From contig CAWAHW010000004.1 of the NCBI GenBank assembly GCA_963781885.1, positions 512,001 to 576,000 on the forward strand: 64,000 bases of DNA. Reading direction: 5' to 3'. Numbering within the stretch: the stretch's first letter is position 1; every line of letters starts with the position of its first letter. A program made the position numbers and the translations under genes. Shown one piece after another: positions 31,047 to 41,046 of the stretch. This stretch comes from an uncultured Spirochaetota bacterium. Its GTDB lineage: Bacteria; Spirochaetota; Spirochaetia; SZUA-6; Fen-1364. The notes under the pieces were generated by a model, which saw only the letters and a list, made by a program, of their open reading frames with translations, ran no database searches and had not been told where the DNA came from.

Positions 31047-32327
31047 GTTCCTTCCCTTTCATCCAAAGCCCGGCCGCCGCGCGCGGCCAGCGCGCCGCCC
31101 TTGTAGACATCGACGACCGGTGAGATTCCCGCGCGGAATGCAAGGACCGCGGGCGATTCCCCGTCGAGGAGGAGAAAATCGGCCGCCTTCCCGGGGGTGA
31201 GACTCCCCGCCTCGCGCCCCCTCCCGACGGCATATGCTGCATTCAAGGTGGAGGCAGCGAGCGCCTCGTTCACCGAAAGGCCCATCATCATCACGGAAAG
31301 CCCGAACGCAAAGGGCATCGACTCGACGCAGGACGAGCCAGGGTTGCAGTCCGTGGCGATCGCCACGGGCAGCCCGGTTTCGATCATCCTGCGCGCGCGG
31401 GCAAACGGCCGCCGCATGCTGAATGCGGTCACCGGCAGGAGCACCGCGACGGAACCCGCTGTTGCCAGGGCGCGAATACCCTCGTCGGAGGCGGCCAGGA
31501 GATGGTCCGCCGATGCCGCGCAAAGCGATGCGGCCAGCAGCGCGCCCCCATGTCTCGTGGAGCTCGTCGGCATGCATCTTCACACCCATGCCCGCTGACG
31601 CCGCGGCCTCCAGGATCTTCCGCGACTGCTCCGGACTGAAGACCCCCTGCTCGCAGAAGACGTCGCAGAAAAGGGCCCCCGCGCGGCGGGCTTCGGGAAG
31701 CATGGCGATCACCGCCTCAACGTAGTCATCGGGCCTGCCCTCGAACTCGGGAGGCACCGCGTGCGCCGCCATGAACGTCGGGATGACTGAAAGGGCCGTT
31801 TCCTCTCCCAGCCTGCGGATCGCGGCGAGCTGTTTCAGCTCGTTGTCCACGTCCAGGCCATAGCCGGTTTTAATTTCGATGGTGGTCGTGCCGAGGGAAA
31901 GCGCCGACAGCGCCCGTCGGCGCGTTGCCGCGTACAGCTCCGCAGGCGCGGCGGCGCGCACCGCTGCCACGGAGGAGAGTATGCCCCCTCCCTTCCTCAA
32001 TATATCGAGGTAGTCCGCCCCTTCCAGCCTCTGGCTGAACTCCGATTCCCGCGGCCGGGTGAAGCAGAGATGGGTGTGCGGATCGACAAAGCCGGGAACC
32101 ATGCACAAGCCGCGGCAATCGGTCTCCGACTCCAGCGTGCGCCGGCCGGGGTCGCCGAGCGCGCCGAGCACTGCCCCCTCATCGCCCACGGTGACAATGC
32201 GCCCGTCCCGGCACAGGAGGGCCCCCGGGATGTACGCGGCCACCTCCGCCTGTGCACGGCCTGCCGCGGCTTTGCCAGGGTCCCCGGGCGTGTAGATCCT
32301 CGCATTGCGGAAGAGCCTGAGACCCAT
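31043..32327 (-). CDS. hutI: Imidazolonepropionase, frameshift near 31550
   Basis: PGFVDPHTH, GGGILSSV, EIKTGYGL, DVFCE, HADEL, then SADHL and ATDCNPG in the shifted frame. Confidence 0.9.
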
Positions 32328-32331
32328 GGCG

Positions 32332-33240
32332 CTAGCCCTGCATGTCCAGGAGGCGCAGGTCGAGCACCTGCGCGTCGTCGAATCCCGCGATCTGGAGGCA
32401 ATGCGTGGCGGATGCAAGAAGCGCGGCGGCGGGAACCATCCCGTACACCTCGGTCTCCCGCACCTTCACACCCTGCTCGTGCGCTTTCTCACGCACCGCC
32501 TGGAGCACGACGTGCAGCGGGGATGCGGCGAAATCGGTGACGTTGATGCTCACCTGGACGATGCCCTTCTCCTTCAAGGCAATGCCTACGGCTTTCACGC
32601 CGGGGAGCCCGCCGCCAGAGGCGCGTATCGCCCGCGCGATGGAGCGCGCGATCGCCAGGTCGCTGCTTTCAAGATTGACGTTGAAGGCAACGAGAAAACG
32701 GCGCGCTCCGATGGCTGTCGCCCCGGCGCTCGGATGAATGCGGGGACCGCCCACGTCGGGCTCCCTCCCAGGATCTTCGCATTCCCGCAGCAGTGCCTCG
32801 AACTGGCCCCGTCTCACGTCTTCAAGCTTCCACCGGTCGGGCCGGCGCGCGGCGGCCTCGTAGAAGTAGACCGGCACGCCCGTTGCCTTCACGAAAGAGT
32901 CGGCGAACGTGCGTGCAAGCTCGACGCACGCCTCCATGGAAATGCCGCGCACGGGCACGAAGGGGATCACGTCCACCGCGCCCATCCGGGGGTGCTCCCC
33001 GGTGTGCGTGCGCAGGTCGATGGCCGCGACGGCGACCTTTGCCGATGCGATCAACGCGGCCTGGAGCGGCTCCGGCTCACCGACGAGACTCACGACCAGC
33101 CTGTTGTGGTCGGGATCGGCGCGGCGATCCAGCAGGTAGACGCCCGGTGCGCCCTGAAACGGGGCAACCAGCGCGGCGATGACCTCCTGCCGCCGGCCCT
33201 CGCTGTAATTGGGGACGCATTCGACCAGCTGCCTGTTCAC
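32332..33240 (-). CDS. ftcD: Glutamate formimidoyltransferase
   Basis: [40 protein letters not shown]. Confidence 0.94.
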   Translation of the reverse strand: MNRQLVECVPNYSEGRRQEVIAALVAPFQGAPGVYLLDRRADPDHNRLVVSLVGEPEPLQAALIASAKVAVAAIDLRTHTGEHPRMGAVDVIPFVPVRGISMEACVELARTFADSFVKATGVPVYFYEAAARRPDRWKLEDVRRGQFEALLRECEDPGREPDVGGPRIHPSAGATAIGARRFLVAFNVNLESSDLAIARSIARAIRASGGGLPGVKAVGIALKEKGIVQVSINVTDFAASPLHVVLQAVREKAHEQGVKVRETEVYGMVPAAALLASATHCLQIAGFDDAQVLDLRLLDMQG

Positions 33241-34970
33241 GACCGCGCGTCCGCGCGTATCGCGCCCGTGCCGACCAGCGGCGTCTTCACGCCCCTCTCC
33301 CGCGCCGCCTCGATGGCGCGTTCATAGCCGGCATCGGCGTGCCGGATGATGCCCATGGCCGGGTCATTCCGCAGCACGGTGGTCACGCGCAGCTCCCCCT
33401 CGTCGGTGCCGTCCGCGAGCGTCACCTGCCCGGCGTGCAGGGAGTAGCCGATGCCCACGCCGCCTCCGTGGTGGAATGAGGTCCAGCTCGCGCCCGAGGC
33501 CACGTTCACCATGAGGTTGAGCAGGGGCCAGTCGGCCACCGCGTCGCTGCCGTCGCGCATCGCCTCGGTCTCCCGGTGGGGGGAGGCGACCGAGCCGGCA
33601 TCGAGATGGTCGCGGCCGATGACCAGCGGAGCGCGGACCCGGCCCGTGCGGACGAGATCGTTGAAGAGCTTCCCCGCCTTGTCCCGCTCGCCATAGCCCA
33701 GCCAGCAGATGCGGGCGGGCAGACCCATATGCTTCACCCGCTGCCCCGCCATGCGCAGCCAGCGGGTCATGCGCTGCTTGTGCGGGAAGCATGCCAGGAG
33801 CGCCTCATCGGTGGCCTCGATGTCGCGGGGGTCGCCGGAAAGCGCCGCCCAACGGAAGGGGCCTTCGCCGTCGCAGAAGAGGGGTCGGATGTACGCGGGC
33901 ACGAAGCCCGGGTAGGCGAATGCGTCGGCGACGCCTGCGCGCTGCGCCTGGCCGCGCAGGTTGTTGCCGTAGTCGAAGGCAATGGAGCCGTGCGCCTGCA
34001 TGGCAAGGATGGCGCGGCAGTGCCGGGCCATGGAATCCAGGGACGCCGCCGTGTAGCGGCCGGGGTCGGCGGCGCGCAGCGCGAGGGCCGCATCGAGACG
34101 CATGCCCGCGGGCACGTAGCCGCCCAGCTCGTCGTGCGCGCTGGTCTGATCGGTGACGACGTCGGGGATGAAGCCCAGCTCCACCATGCGGGGCAGGACG
34201 TCGGCCGCATTGCCAAGAAGACCGATGGAGAGCGGCTGCTTCCTTTGCGCCGCCTCGCGCGCCATCGCGATGGCCGCGGCGAGGTCCCCTGCCACCGCGT
34301 CGAGATAGCCCGTGTCGAGCCGGCGGCGGATGCGGCGCGGGTCCACGTCCACGCAGACCATCACGCCGTCGTTCATCGTCACGGCCAACGGCTGCGCGCC
34401 GCCCATCCCGCCCAGACCCGCGCTCACCGCGATGCGCCCGGCGAGCGATCCGCCGAAGTGCCGCTCGGCGAGCGCGGCGAAGGTCTCGAACGTTCCCTGG
34501 AGTATTCCCTGCGTGCCGATGTAGATCCAGGAGCCGGCCGTCATCTGGCCGTACATCATGAGACCGCGCGCCTCCAGGTCCCGGAAGTGCTCCCAGGTCG
34601 CCCACTTCGGCACGAGATTGGAATTGGCGATCATGACCCGTGGTGACATTCGGTGCGTGCGCAGGACGCCGACCGGTTTACCCGACTGCACGAGCAGCGT
34701 CTCGTCGTCGGCAAGAGAGAGGAGCGTGTCCACGATGGCGTCGAAGCAGGCCCAGGAGCGCGCCGCGCGTCCCGTCCCGCCGTAGACGATCAGCGCATCG
34801 GGGTTCTCCGCGTTTTCCGGGTCGAGGTTGTTGCAAAGCATCCGCAGGGCCGCCTCCTGGTGCCAGCCCTTGCAGTGCAGCTCCGTGCCGCGCGGCGCCC
34901 TGACCGGACGCGCCTTCCCACAGCCGATGCAGAGCTCTTCCCGAAGCCTCTCACCCGCAGTTCCTTCCAT
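33237..34970 (-). CDS. hutU: Urocanate hydratase
   Basis: [46 protein letters not shown]. Confidence 0.97.
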   Translation of the reverse strand: MEGTAGERLREELCIGCGKARPVRAPRGTELHCKGWHQEAALRMLCNNLDPENAENPDALIVYGGTGRAARSWACFDAIVDTLLSLADDETLLVQSGKPVGVLRTHRMSPRVMIANSNLVPKWATWEHFRDLEARGLMMYGQMTAGSWIYIGTQGILQGTFETFAALAERHFGGSLAGRIAVSAGLGGMGGAQPLAVTMNDGVMVCVDVDPRRIRRRLDTGYLDAVAGDLAAAIAMAREAAQRKQPLSIGLLGNAADVLPRMVELGFIPDVVTDQTSAHDELGGYVPAGMRLDAALALRAADPGRYTAASLDSMARHCRAILAMQAHGSIAFDYGNNLRGQAQRAGVADAFAYPGFVPAYIRPLFCDGEGPFRWAALSGDPRDIEATDEALLACFPHKQRMTRWLRMAGQRVKHMGLPARICWLGYGERDKAGKLFNDLVRTGRVRAPLVIGRDHLDAGSVASPHRETEAMRDGSDAVADWPLLNLMVNVASGASWTSFHHGGGVGIGYSLHAGQVTLADGTDEGELRVTTVLRNDPAMGIIRHADAGYERAIEAARERGVKTPLVGTGAIRADARS

Positions 34971-35084
34971 CGCATTCCCCCGGTCATGCAAGTATAGCAG
35001 GAAACCCAGGGCGCGCGCGAGCAGTCCGGCCGCAGGCGCCCGGATTCTTCTTCATCGATGGGAGAAGCGCGCGAAAGACGGGGG

Positions 35085-35261
35085 TCAGATGCGGCGGGGT
35101 GCGGTGTGCTGCCTGTCCTGGCGGTCTTTTTTCATGCGCTCCTCGATGTACATCAGGAGCAGCCCTTCGAAGCTCAGCTTGCGCGATTGTGCTTCCAGCT
35201 GGAGGAACTCGTTCATCTCCTCAGAGACGCGAAGCTCGAGGCGGATGGTGACTTGCTTCAT
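35085..35261 (-). CDS. 58-aa ribbon-helix-helix (CopG/Arc-like) candidate DNA-binding protein
   Basis: Own translation MKQVTIRLELRVSEEMNEFLQLEAQSRKLSFEGLLLMYIEERMKKDRQDRQHTAPRRI*; GC-rich third positions; promoter TTGACG-17-TATCCT at 35304>35276. Confidence 0.65.
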   Translation of the reverse strand: MKQVTIRLELRVSEEMNEFLQLEAQSRKLSFEGLLLMYIEERMKKDRQDRQHTAPRRI

Positions 35262-35422
35262 ACTGTTCCGGGGTGAGGATAGAGCAAAGGATGCCGCGCG
35301 TCAATGCCGGCGTTGACGGGCGGCACGCCGATCCGCGGTGCGCGGTCGCCGTGCTGCCGGCTGCGGCCTGTCGCGCTTGACTGCCGGGAGCATGGGGATT
35401 AACGTTTGTGTGAGGAAACCCC

Positions 35423-35713
35423 ATGAGCACGATCGTCCCTTTGAAGGAAAAATCTTTGCCGGAAAACTGCCTGGTCTTCAAGCATTCCACCACCTGTCCG
35501 ATTTCCGCGTCCGCCGCGGAGGAGGTCCGCGGTCTCACGACGACCCTCCCCGTCATGTGGATCAACGTGCGCGAGCAGCGTGAGCTGTCCAACTGGGTCG
35601 CAGAGACCTACGGCGTCGTGCACGAATCGCCGCAGCTCATCCTCATGCGCGACGGAAAGCCGGCACAGGTGTGGAGTCACTACGACGTGAAGGCGGCCAA
35701 CGTCCCTTCCTGA
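35423..35713 (+). CDS. ytxJ: YtxJ/BrxC family monothiol bacilliredoxin (DUF2847)
   Basis: FKHSTTCPIS and VHESPQ motifs. Confidence 0.85.
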   Translation: MSTIVPLKEKSLPENCLVFKHSTTCPISASAAEEVRGLTTTLPVMWINVREQRELSNWVAETYGVVHESPQLILMRDGKPAQVWSHYDVKAANVPS

Positions 35714-35725
35714 AGAGCGACGGGA

Positions 35726-35751
35726 AATCCAAAACCCTCCTGCGCCCGTAT
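35726..35751 (+). promoter_or_regulatory. Putative ECF-sigma promoter AATCC-N16-CGTAT (TPR-DoxX operon)
   Basis: Same motif and spacing recurs upstream of the anti-sigma gene. Confidence 0.6.
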
Positions 35752-35789
35752 GGAAAGACGGGGAGTGCAAACCCCAGGAGGAATACACA

Positions 35790-36278
35790 GTGCGAAAATC
35801 GATGATCATACTTCTCGGACTCTTCTCCGCCGCGCTCGTCTTTGCGTCGGGCTCAAGCGGCGGCTCCACCGGAACCAGCGGGACAAGCAGTGGCGCCTCG
35901 ATGAGCGCCGGCTCCCCGAAGACGGCCCTGGACTGGTACAACATGGGCTATGACGCCGCCCAGTCGCAGCGTTACCAGGAAGGGGTCACGGACTTCAACA
36001 AGGCCATCGCGCTGAAGTCCGACTACGCCGAGGCGTACAACATGCTCGGGTTCTGCACGCGCAAGCTGGGCAATGTCCCGCAGGCCATGACCTACTATGA
36101 CACGGCGCTGCGGCTGAAGCCGAATTTCCCCGAGGCGCGCGAGTACTACGGTGAGGCCTATCTCCAGCAGGGCAATCTCGCAAAGGCCGTGCAGCAGTAC
36201 ATCATTCTGGAGAAGGCGGGCACCAAGAACGCCGGCGAGCTCCTGGACCAGATCGCGCTGTTCGTGAACAAGGGCTGA
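35790..36278 (+). CDS. Small exported TPR protein with Ser/Gly/Thr linker
   Basis: Signal peptide, GSSGGSTGTSGTSS linker, three TPR repeats; SD AGGAGG. Confidence 0.85.
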   Translation: MRKSMIILLGLFSAALVFASGSSGGSTGTSGTSSGASMSAGSPKTALDWYNMGYDAAQSQRYQEGVTDFNKAIALKSDYAEAYNMLGFCTRKLGNVPQAMTYYDTALRLKPNFPEAREYYGEAYLQQGNLAKAVQQYIILEKAGTKNAGELLDQIALFVNKG

Positions 36279-36283
36279 CCGTC

Positions 36284-36709
36284 ATGGGAGCGGCACCCGT
36301 CACGCATCCTCTGGCGGACGACATCGGCCGGCTCGTGGTGCGGCTGATGGTGGCGGGACTTATCCTGTTTCACGGGATCGACAAGATCCTGCACGGTATC
36401 GGGTGGATGCAGGGACCCCTCAAGGCCCTGCACCTGCCCTTTTTTGTCGCCTACGGCGTCTTTATCGGGGAGGTCGTCGCCCCTCTCTTCGTCGCCGCGG
36501 GCGTGCTTACTCGCATCGGCGCCCTCTTCATGGCCTTCAACATGATCATGGCCCTGACGCTCGATGCTGGACGATTCATCCTCACGATCAATCGCGGGGG
36601 GGGCTGGGGGATCGAGCTTGAAGCGTTCTATCTCCTGGGCTCGGTGGCCATCGCCCTCCTGGGTCCCGGGCGATTCGCGCTCATGCCGCGCACGACGTCG
36701 CAGAGATAG
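36284..36709 (+). CDS. DoxX family membrane protein
   Basis: GRLVVRL...LFHGIDK, GVLTR, ALLGPGRFAL. Confidence 0.88.
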   Translation: MGAAPVTHPLADDIGRLVVRLMVAGLILFHGIDKILHGIGWMQGPLKALHLPFFVAYGVFIGEVVAPLFVAAGVLTRIGALFMAFNMIMALTLDAGRFILTINRGGGWGIELEAFYLLGSVAIALLGPGRFALMPRTTSQR

Positions 36710-36724
36710 CACGCAACGGATCGT

Positions 36725-37499
36725 TCAGGGGGCGCTCTTTGCCACGAGCGTCCCGGACGGTTTCAGGCTCCCGCCGGCAGGCTCGATCGTGATCCCGATG
36801 GATGTGAATTCCTTGAAATCCTTCGGCACGTCCAGGAGCAGGTTGCCATAGCCGTCGGTGCTTACGCCGAATATTCCGCCGCTGCGCTGGTCCTCTTTCC
36901 TGTACAACCAGAGCTGGTAGGTCTGCGACGCATCCAGTCGATCGCAGACCGCGCACGGCGAGCACACCCCCATTGTCCTGCGGATCGAGCACGATGGTGC
37001 CAAAGGCGCCCGTCCCGGCGTTCACACCGACCAGGACGATCTGGGTGAGACCGGGGACGGATGCCGTCCGGCCCACGGCGGCGGCATGCTGCCACTGGAT
37101 GATATTGCCCGCGCCAAGCACGAGCACGACACCCGCTGCGAGCGCCCCGAGCAGGCGATTCCCCGATCGGCGCCACCACGACGATGCGCGGCCACGCGCA
37201 TCTTGCGCTTCCGTGGCGTTTGTCTGGGTCGAGCGGCCGGTCACCGTGAGCGGCTCACGGGCGCTTCCCGCTGCCGCGCTTTGCACGCGGCGCATCAGCT
37301 TCTCTTCCAGGTCCGCGGGAGGTTCCACGGCCGGAAGAGCAAGCGCGAGACTGCCGAGCATCCGCTCCAGCTCTTCCAGCTGCCCGCTGCAGGCGGCACA
37401 CGAGGCGAGGTGGGAGCGCACGCGTCCAGCTTCCCTGTCGTCGAGACAGCCGAAGGCGAAATCCTGAAGTGTGTCGCGGTCGGGATGATTGTCGCTCAT
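36725..37499 (-). CDS. RskA-like anti-sigma factor with ZAS zinc motif, frameshift near 36942
   Basis: HLASCAAC, one TM helix, C-terminal YQLWL...GITIEPAGGS..P in the shifted frame. Confidence 0.82.
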
Positions 37500-37536
37500 C
37501 TGCTTTGTATCAGGGGTCTTCCCCGCCCATACACAT

Positions 37537-37562
37537 ATACGCACGGCCGCGGCAAAGGGATT
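37537..37562 (-). promoter_or_regulatory. Putative ECF-sigma promoter AATCC-N16-CGTAT (anti-sigma gene)
   Basis: Minus strand AATCC-ctttgccgcggccgtg-CGTAT in the sigma/anti-sigma gap. Confidence 0.6.
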
Positions 37563-37563
37563 G

Positions 37564-38127
37564 TCACGTGTTCTCCTCCGCAAGCATGTCGCGCAGCCTC
37601 CGCAGCGCGTCGCGCATCCTCGTTTTCACCGTGCCCAGAGGGTCGCCGAGCCGCTCGGCAATCTCCTGGTGCGTGAGCCCCTGGAAAAAACCCAGCGCGA
37701 GCACGCGCAGGAGCGCGGGGGGCAGCGTCGCGACGGCGGCGCGGACGCGCAGGCGCAGGGCAGCGACCTGCGCCGTGTCACCAGGATCCGCGGCATGCGG
37801 GTCCCGCAGGCTCTCCAGAAGCGCGTCGGTGTCCTGCGCCTGCCCGGGCCGCGCCGATGCCCGGCGCAACGCATCGATCGATCCGTTGCGTGCGATGCGC
37901 GCGATCCACGTGGCGACTTTGGCCTTTTCGGGACGATAGGTGTCGGCCCGGTTCCACACCCGCAGGAAGACGTCCTGAGTGACTTCTTCCGCCGTGAGAG
38001 AGTCGCGGCAGATGCCCAGCGCAATGCCGTAGACGATGCGTCCATGTCGGCGGTAGAGCTCGCGCATCGCCGCGGCGTCTCCTCCCGCGACGCGCCGGAT
38101 CAGCTCGTCGTCCTGCTCGCCAGCCAT
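37564..38127 (-). CDS. ECF RNA polymerase sigma-70 factor (SigK-like)
   Basis: AEEVTQDVFLRVW, WIARIARN, THQEIAERLGDPLGTVKTRMR; start set at ATG 38127, 6 nt after TACACT. Confidence 0.92.
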   Translation of the reverse strand: MAGEQDDELIRRVAGGDAAAMRELYRRHGRIVYGIALGICRDSLTAEEVTQDVFLRVWNRADTYRPEKAKVATWIARIARNGSIDALRRASARPGQAQDTDALLESLRDPHAADPGDTAQVAALRLRVRAAVATLPPALLRVLALGFFQGLTHQEIAERLGDPLGTVKTRMRDALRRLRDMLAEENT

Positions 38128-38235
38128 CAGGAGAGTGTAGGGCGAATCATCGGCCATCCGTCAAGGGCGACGCCGCTGCACGGCATCCCCGGGCAGGAAG
38201 CGGCCGACGCGGCGGAGAGCGATCGCCCCGTCATC

Positions 38236-38976
38236 TCATCCCTGCCGGGCAAAAGGGTTGAAGTTGGTCTTTCGATCGTACCAGTCCTCGTGCTCGGCGC
38301 CCTTCAGGAATGCGACGATGCGGTACGTGACGGGGGTCATCACCACCTCGATGGCGACCTTGAAAATGTAGTTGGTAAGCACGAGGGTGAGGAAGAGCGA
38401 CCAGGGGAAAACCCCCGTGACGCTCGCGATGGAGATGAACGCGGCGCTGTCGACGGCTTCTCCCACGAGCGTGCTCCCGACCGTGCGCGTCCAGAGCCAT
38501 CGGCCGTTCGTGAGCACCTTCATGCGGGCGAGCACGAAGGAATTGCTGAACTCGCCCGCCCAGTACGCCGCGAGGCTTGCGAGCACGATACCGCCCGTAC
38601 TCATGCCGCCCAAGGCCTGTTCGAACGCCGCCTGGCCGCCCGCCGCCTTCCAGGTAGCCTCGCCGGGCATGATGCGCACGAGCCACAGCACGCCGGCGCT
38701 CACGGCAAGGCACGCGAAACCCGTCCAGATCACCCGCCGCGATCGTCGATAGCCGTAGACCTCCGTGAGGATGTCGCCGAATATGTAGCTCACGGGGAAA
38801 AGGATCGTGCCGCCGTCGAATGCCAGGCGCACGCCGAACAGGGACACGCCCCAGTCGACGATCTTCGCGGAGGAGGCGACATTGCTCACGATGAGCACCG
38901 TGACGAATGCCGCCATGACAAGGTCGAAGTAGCGATATTGCCGGTCTGCGCCGGCGAGGTCCATGCGCCGCATCAC
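38236..38976 (-). CDS. yhhQ: Queuosine precursor transporter (Vut_1 family)
   Basis: FPVSYIFGDILTEVYG, SLAAYWAGEFSN, RTVGSTLVGEAVDS. Confidence 0.9.
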   Translation of the reverse strand: MMRRMDLAGADRQYRYFDLVMAAFVTVLIVSNVASSAKIVDWGVSLFGVRLAFDGGTILFPVSYIFGDILTEVYGYRRSRRVIWTGFACLAVSAGVLWLVRIMPGEATWKAAGGQAAFEQALGGMSTGGIVLASLAAYWAGEFSNSFVLARMKVLTNGRWLWTRTVGSTLVGEAVDSAAFISIASVTGVFPWSLFLTLVLTNYIFKVAIEVVMTPVTYRIVAFLKGAEHEDWYDRKTNFNPFARQG

Positions 38977-39025
38977 GCACCAATATAGCGCGAACGGCTC
39001 TCAGAGGCACCCCGCGCCGGCGCGC

Positions 39026-40474
39026 TCAGCCGTATCTCACGTAGACCGTCTTGTGCTCGGTGAAGAACTGGATGCCGCTCTCCCCCGCCTCCGGCAGGCC
39101 GTAGCCCGACGCCTTCACACCGCCGAAGGCGAATGCAGGCTCCTTGTAGGCAGTAGGCATGTTGACGTGCATGAGCCCCGCGGAAACCCGGTCCACGAAT
39201 GCGAGGCCCTTCTCTATATCGCGCGTGTAGACGGAGGCGGACAGCCCGAAGTCAACCTCGTTGGCCAGCGCAACGGCCTCATCGAAGGACGCGATCTCCA
39301 TGACGCTCAGGACCGGTCCGAATATCTCCTCGCGCGCAATGCGCATGCCGGGGGTGACGCCGGCAAAGACCGTCGGTGCCACGAAGCAGCCGCGCGCAAG
39401 CTGCCCTTCCGTCGCGCGCGCTCCCCCGACGCACAGACGGGCCCCTTCCTTCTTCCCCACCTCGATATAGCGCAGAACGTTGTCGAGCTGCTCGGTGCCG
39501 CAGACCGGTCCCATGGCCACCCCTTCGTCCAATCCGTTGCCCAGCGTCATCGCGGCGACGCGCGTCTGCACGCGATGGAGAAGATCCTCCGCGACCGATC
39601 GCTCGACGATGAGGCGGCTGGTCGACGTGCACCACTGGCCCGCGCAGGCGTATGCTGCCTCGACGGCGGCGGCCGCGGCCTGCTCGATGTCCGCGTCGGC
39701 AAGCACCACGAGGGGGTTCTTTCCGCCCATCTCGAGCTGTGTCCTGATCATCGCTTCCGCGGCGACGCGGTGGATGCGGCGGCCGACCTCGGTCGATCCC
39801 GTGAAGGAAATGGCGCGCACCTCGACCGCGCTCGTGAGCTCCTGGCCGAGCGTGGAGCCCCCTCCCACCACCATGTTGATCACACCGGGCGGGAAGCCCG
39901 CCTCCTCGAACAGGGCCGTAAAAATGCGGCCCACGCCGGGTGTCAGGCTGGAAGGCTTGAAGACGCACGTGTTGCCCGCCATGAGGGCGGGCGTCACCTT
40001 GCGGCAGGGAACGTTGAAGGGGAAATTCCACGGGCTGATCACCGCGACGACCCCGAGCGGCTCGCGTCTTTCATAGGCCAGGACCCCTTCCTTCATTGTC
40101 GGGGGCATCCTCCCTTCGGTGCGCGCGCCTTCCTGGACCTGGTACTCCATTTCTCGAAACGCCGACTGGACCTCGCCGCGCGATTCCCGGAGGGTCTTCC
40201 CGTTCTCCTGCGTGAGGATGCGCGCGATCTCCTCGGCGCGGCGCAGGAGGGCGGCGAGCAGCTTTGTGAAAAGCTCGGCCCGTCGGGCAGGCCGCAATGC
40301 GCGCCACGAGGGAAAAGCGGCCTGCGCGGCCTCGATCGCGGCGCGGGCGTCTTCCCGTCCGCCCTGCGGCCACACCCCTGTGATCTCGTCGAGGGCGGCG
40401 GGATTGCGCTGCTCAAAAGACCGCGACGCGGTGGATTCGATCCACTTTCCATCGATGAACTGCCTGTTGCGCAT
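39026..40474 (-). CDS. Aldehyde dehydrogenase family protein
   Basis: SPWNFP, FTGSTEVG, LEMGGKNP, AGQWCTS, EEIFGP. Confidence 0.95.
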   Translation of the reverse strand: MRNRQFIDGKWIESTASRSFEQRNPAALDEITGVWPQGGREDARAAIEAAQAAFPSWRALRPARRAELFTKLLAALLRRAEEIARILTQENGKTLRESRGEVQSAFREMEYQVQEGARTEGRMPPTMKEGVLAYERREPLGVVAVISPWNFPFNVPCRKVTPALMAGNTCVFKPSSLTPGVGRIFTALFEEAGFPPGVINMVVGGGSTLGQELTSAVEVRAISFTGSTEVGRRIHRVAAEAMIRTQLEMGGKNPLVVLADADIEQAAAAAVEAAYACAGQWCTSTSRLIVERSVAEDLLHRVQTRVAAMTLGNGLDEGVAMGPVCGTEQLDNVLRYIEVGKKEGARLCVGGARATEGQLARGCFVAPTVFAGVTPGMRIAREEIFGPVLSVMEIASFDEAVALANEVDFGLSASVYTRDIEKGLAFVDRVSAGLMHVNMPTAYKEPAFAFGGVKASGYGLPEAGESGIQFFTEHKTVYVRYG

Positions 40475-40653
40475 CGGGGCTCCTTTGTGAAAATCGGATG
40501 CAATCCACGGATGTCATACCTGAGTACGGGAGGATGCTCAAGGCCACGGCAAGGGCAGGCCGCGCCTCCACGCGCGGGGCCGGGGTCTCATCGCGTTGCG
40601 TCGCGCCTTGACAGCGCGTTGACAAGCCCCTACGATTTTGGAGCGGCACGCCT

Positions 40654-41037
40654 ATGTCATGGAAAAACGTCTACGTCCCCGACACGCACATCATCCATGT
40701 CACCGTGAGCGGTCTCGTCGACCGACGGCAGTGGGAGAAGCAGCTGCCGTCGTCGATCAAGGAGGCGGCGCTCCATTCCTGCTATCGCTTCCTCGTCGAC
40801 TATCGCAAGGCTGATCTCCAGCTCGGCCTGCTCGATCTCTATGACCGACCCGCATACTATGAAAAGGCCGGCATGCCGCGCAGCGCGCGCATCGCCCTTC
40901 TTTTCGCCCCGACGGCAAAGGATACGGACTTCATCGAGACGGTCACGTCCAACCGCGGATATTCGGTGCGGGTCTTCCGCGAGATGGAGCCCGCGGTTGT
41001 CTGGCTTCGCGAAGGTCCACTCCCGCCGAACGCGTGA
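40654..41037 (+). CDS. SpoIIAA/STAS-like hypothetical protein
   Basis: FLVDYR...RIALL...FIETV..NRG..VRVF...A..WL pattern; promoter TTGACA-17-TACGAT upstream. Confidence 0.6.
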   Translation: MSWKNVYVPDTHIIHVTVSGLVDRRQWEKQLPSSIKEAALHSCYRFLVDYRKADLQLGLLDLYDRPAYYEKAGMPRSARIALLFAPTAKDTDFIETVTSNRGYSVRVFREMEPAVVWLREGPLPPNA

Positions 41038-41046
41038 ACCGGGCGC

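Noticed and set aside
38977-39025. preQ1 riboswitch upstream of yhhQ
   Set aside because: No stem-loop plus A-rich tail; a -10 box sits 5 nt from the start, leaving no leader.
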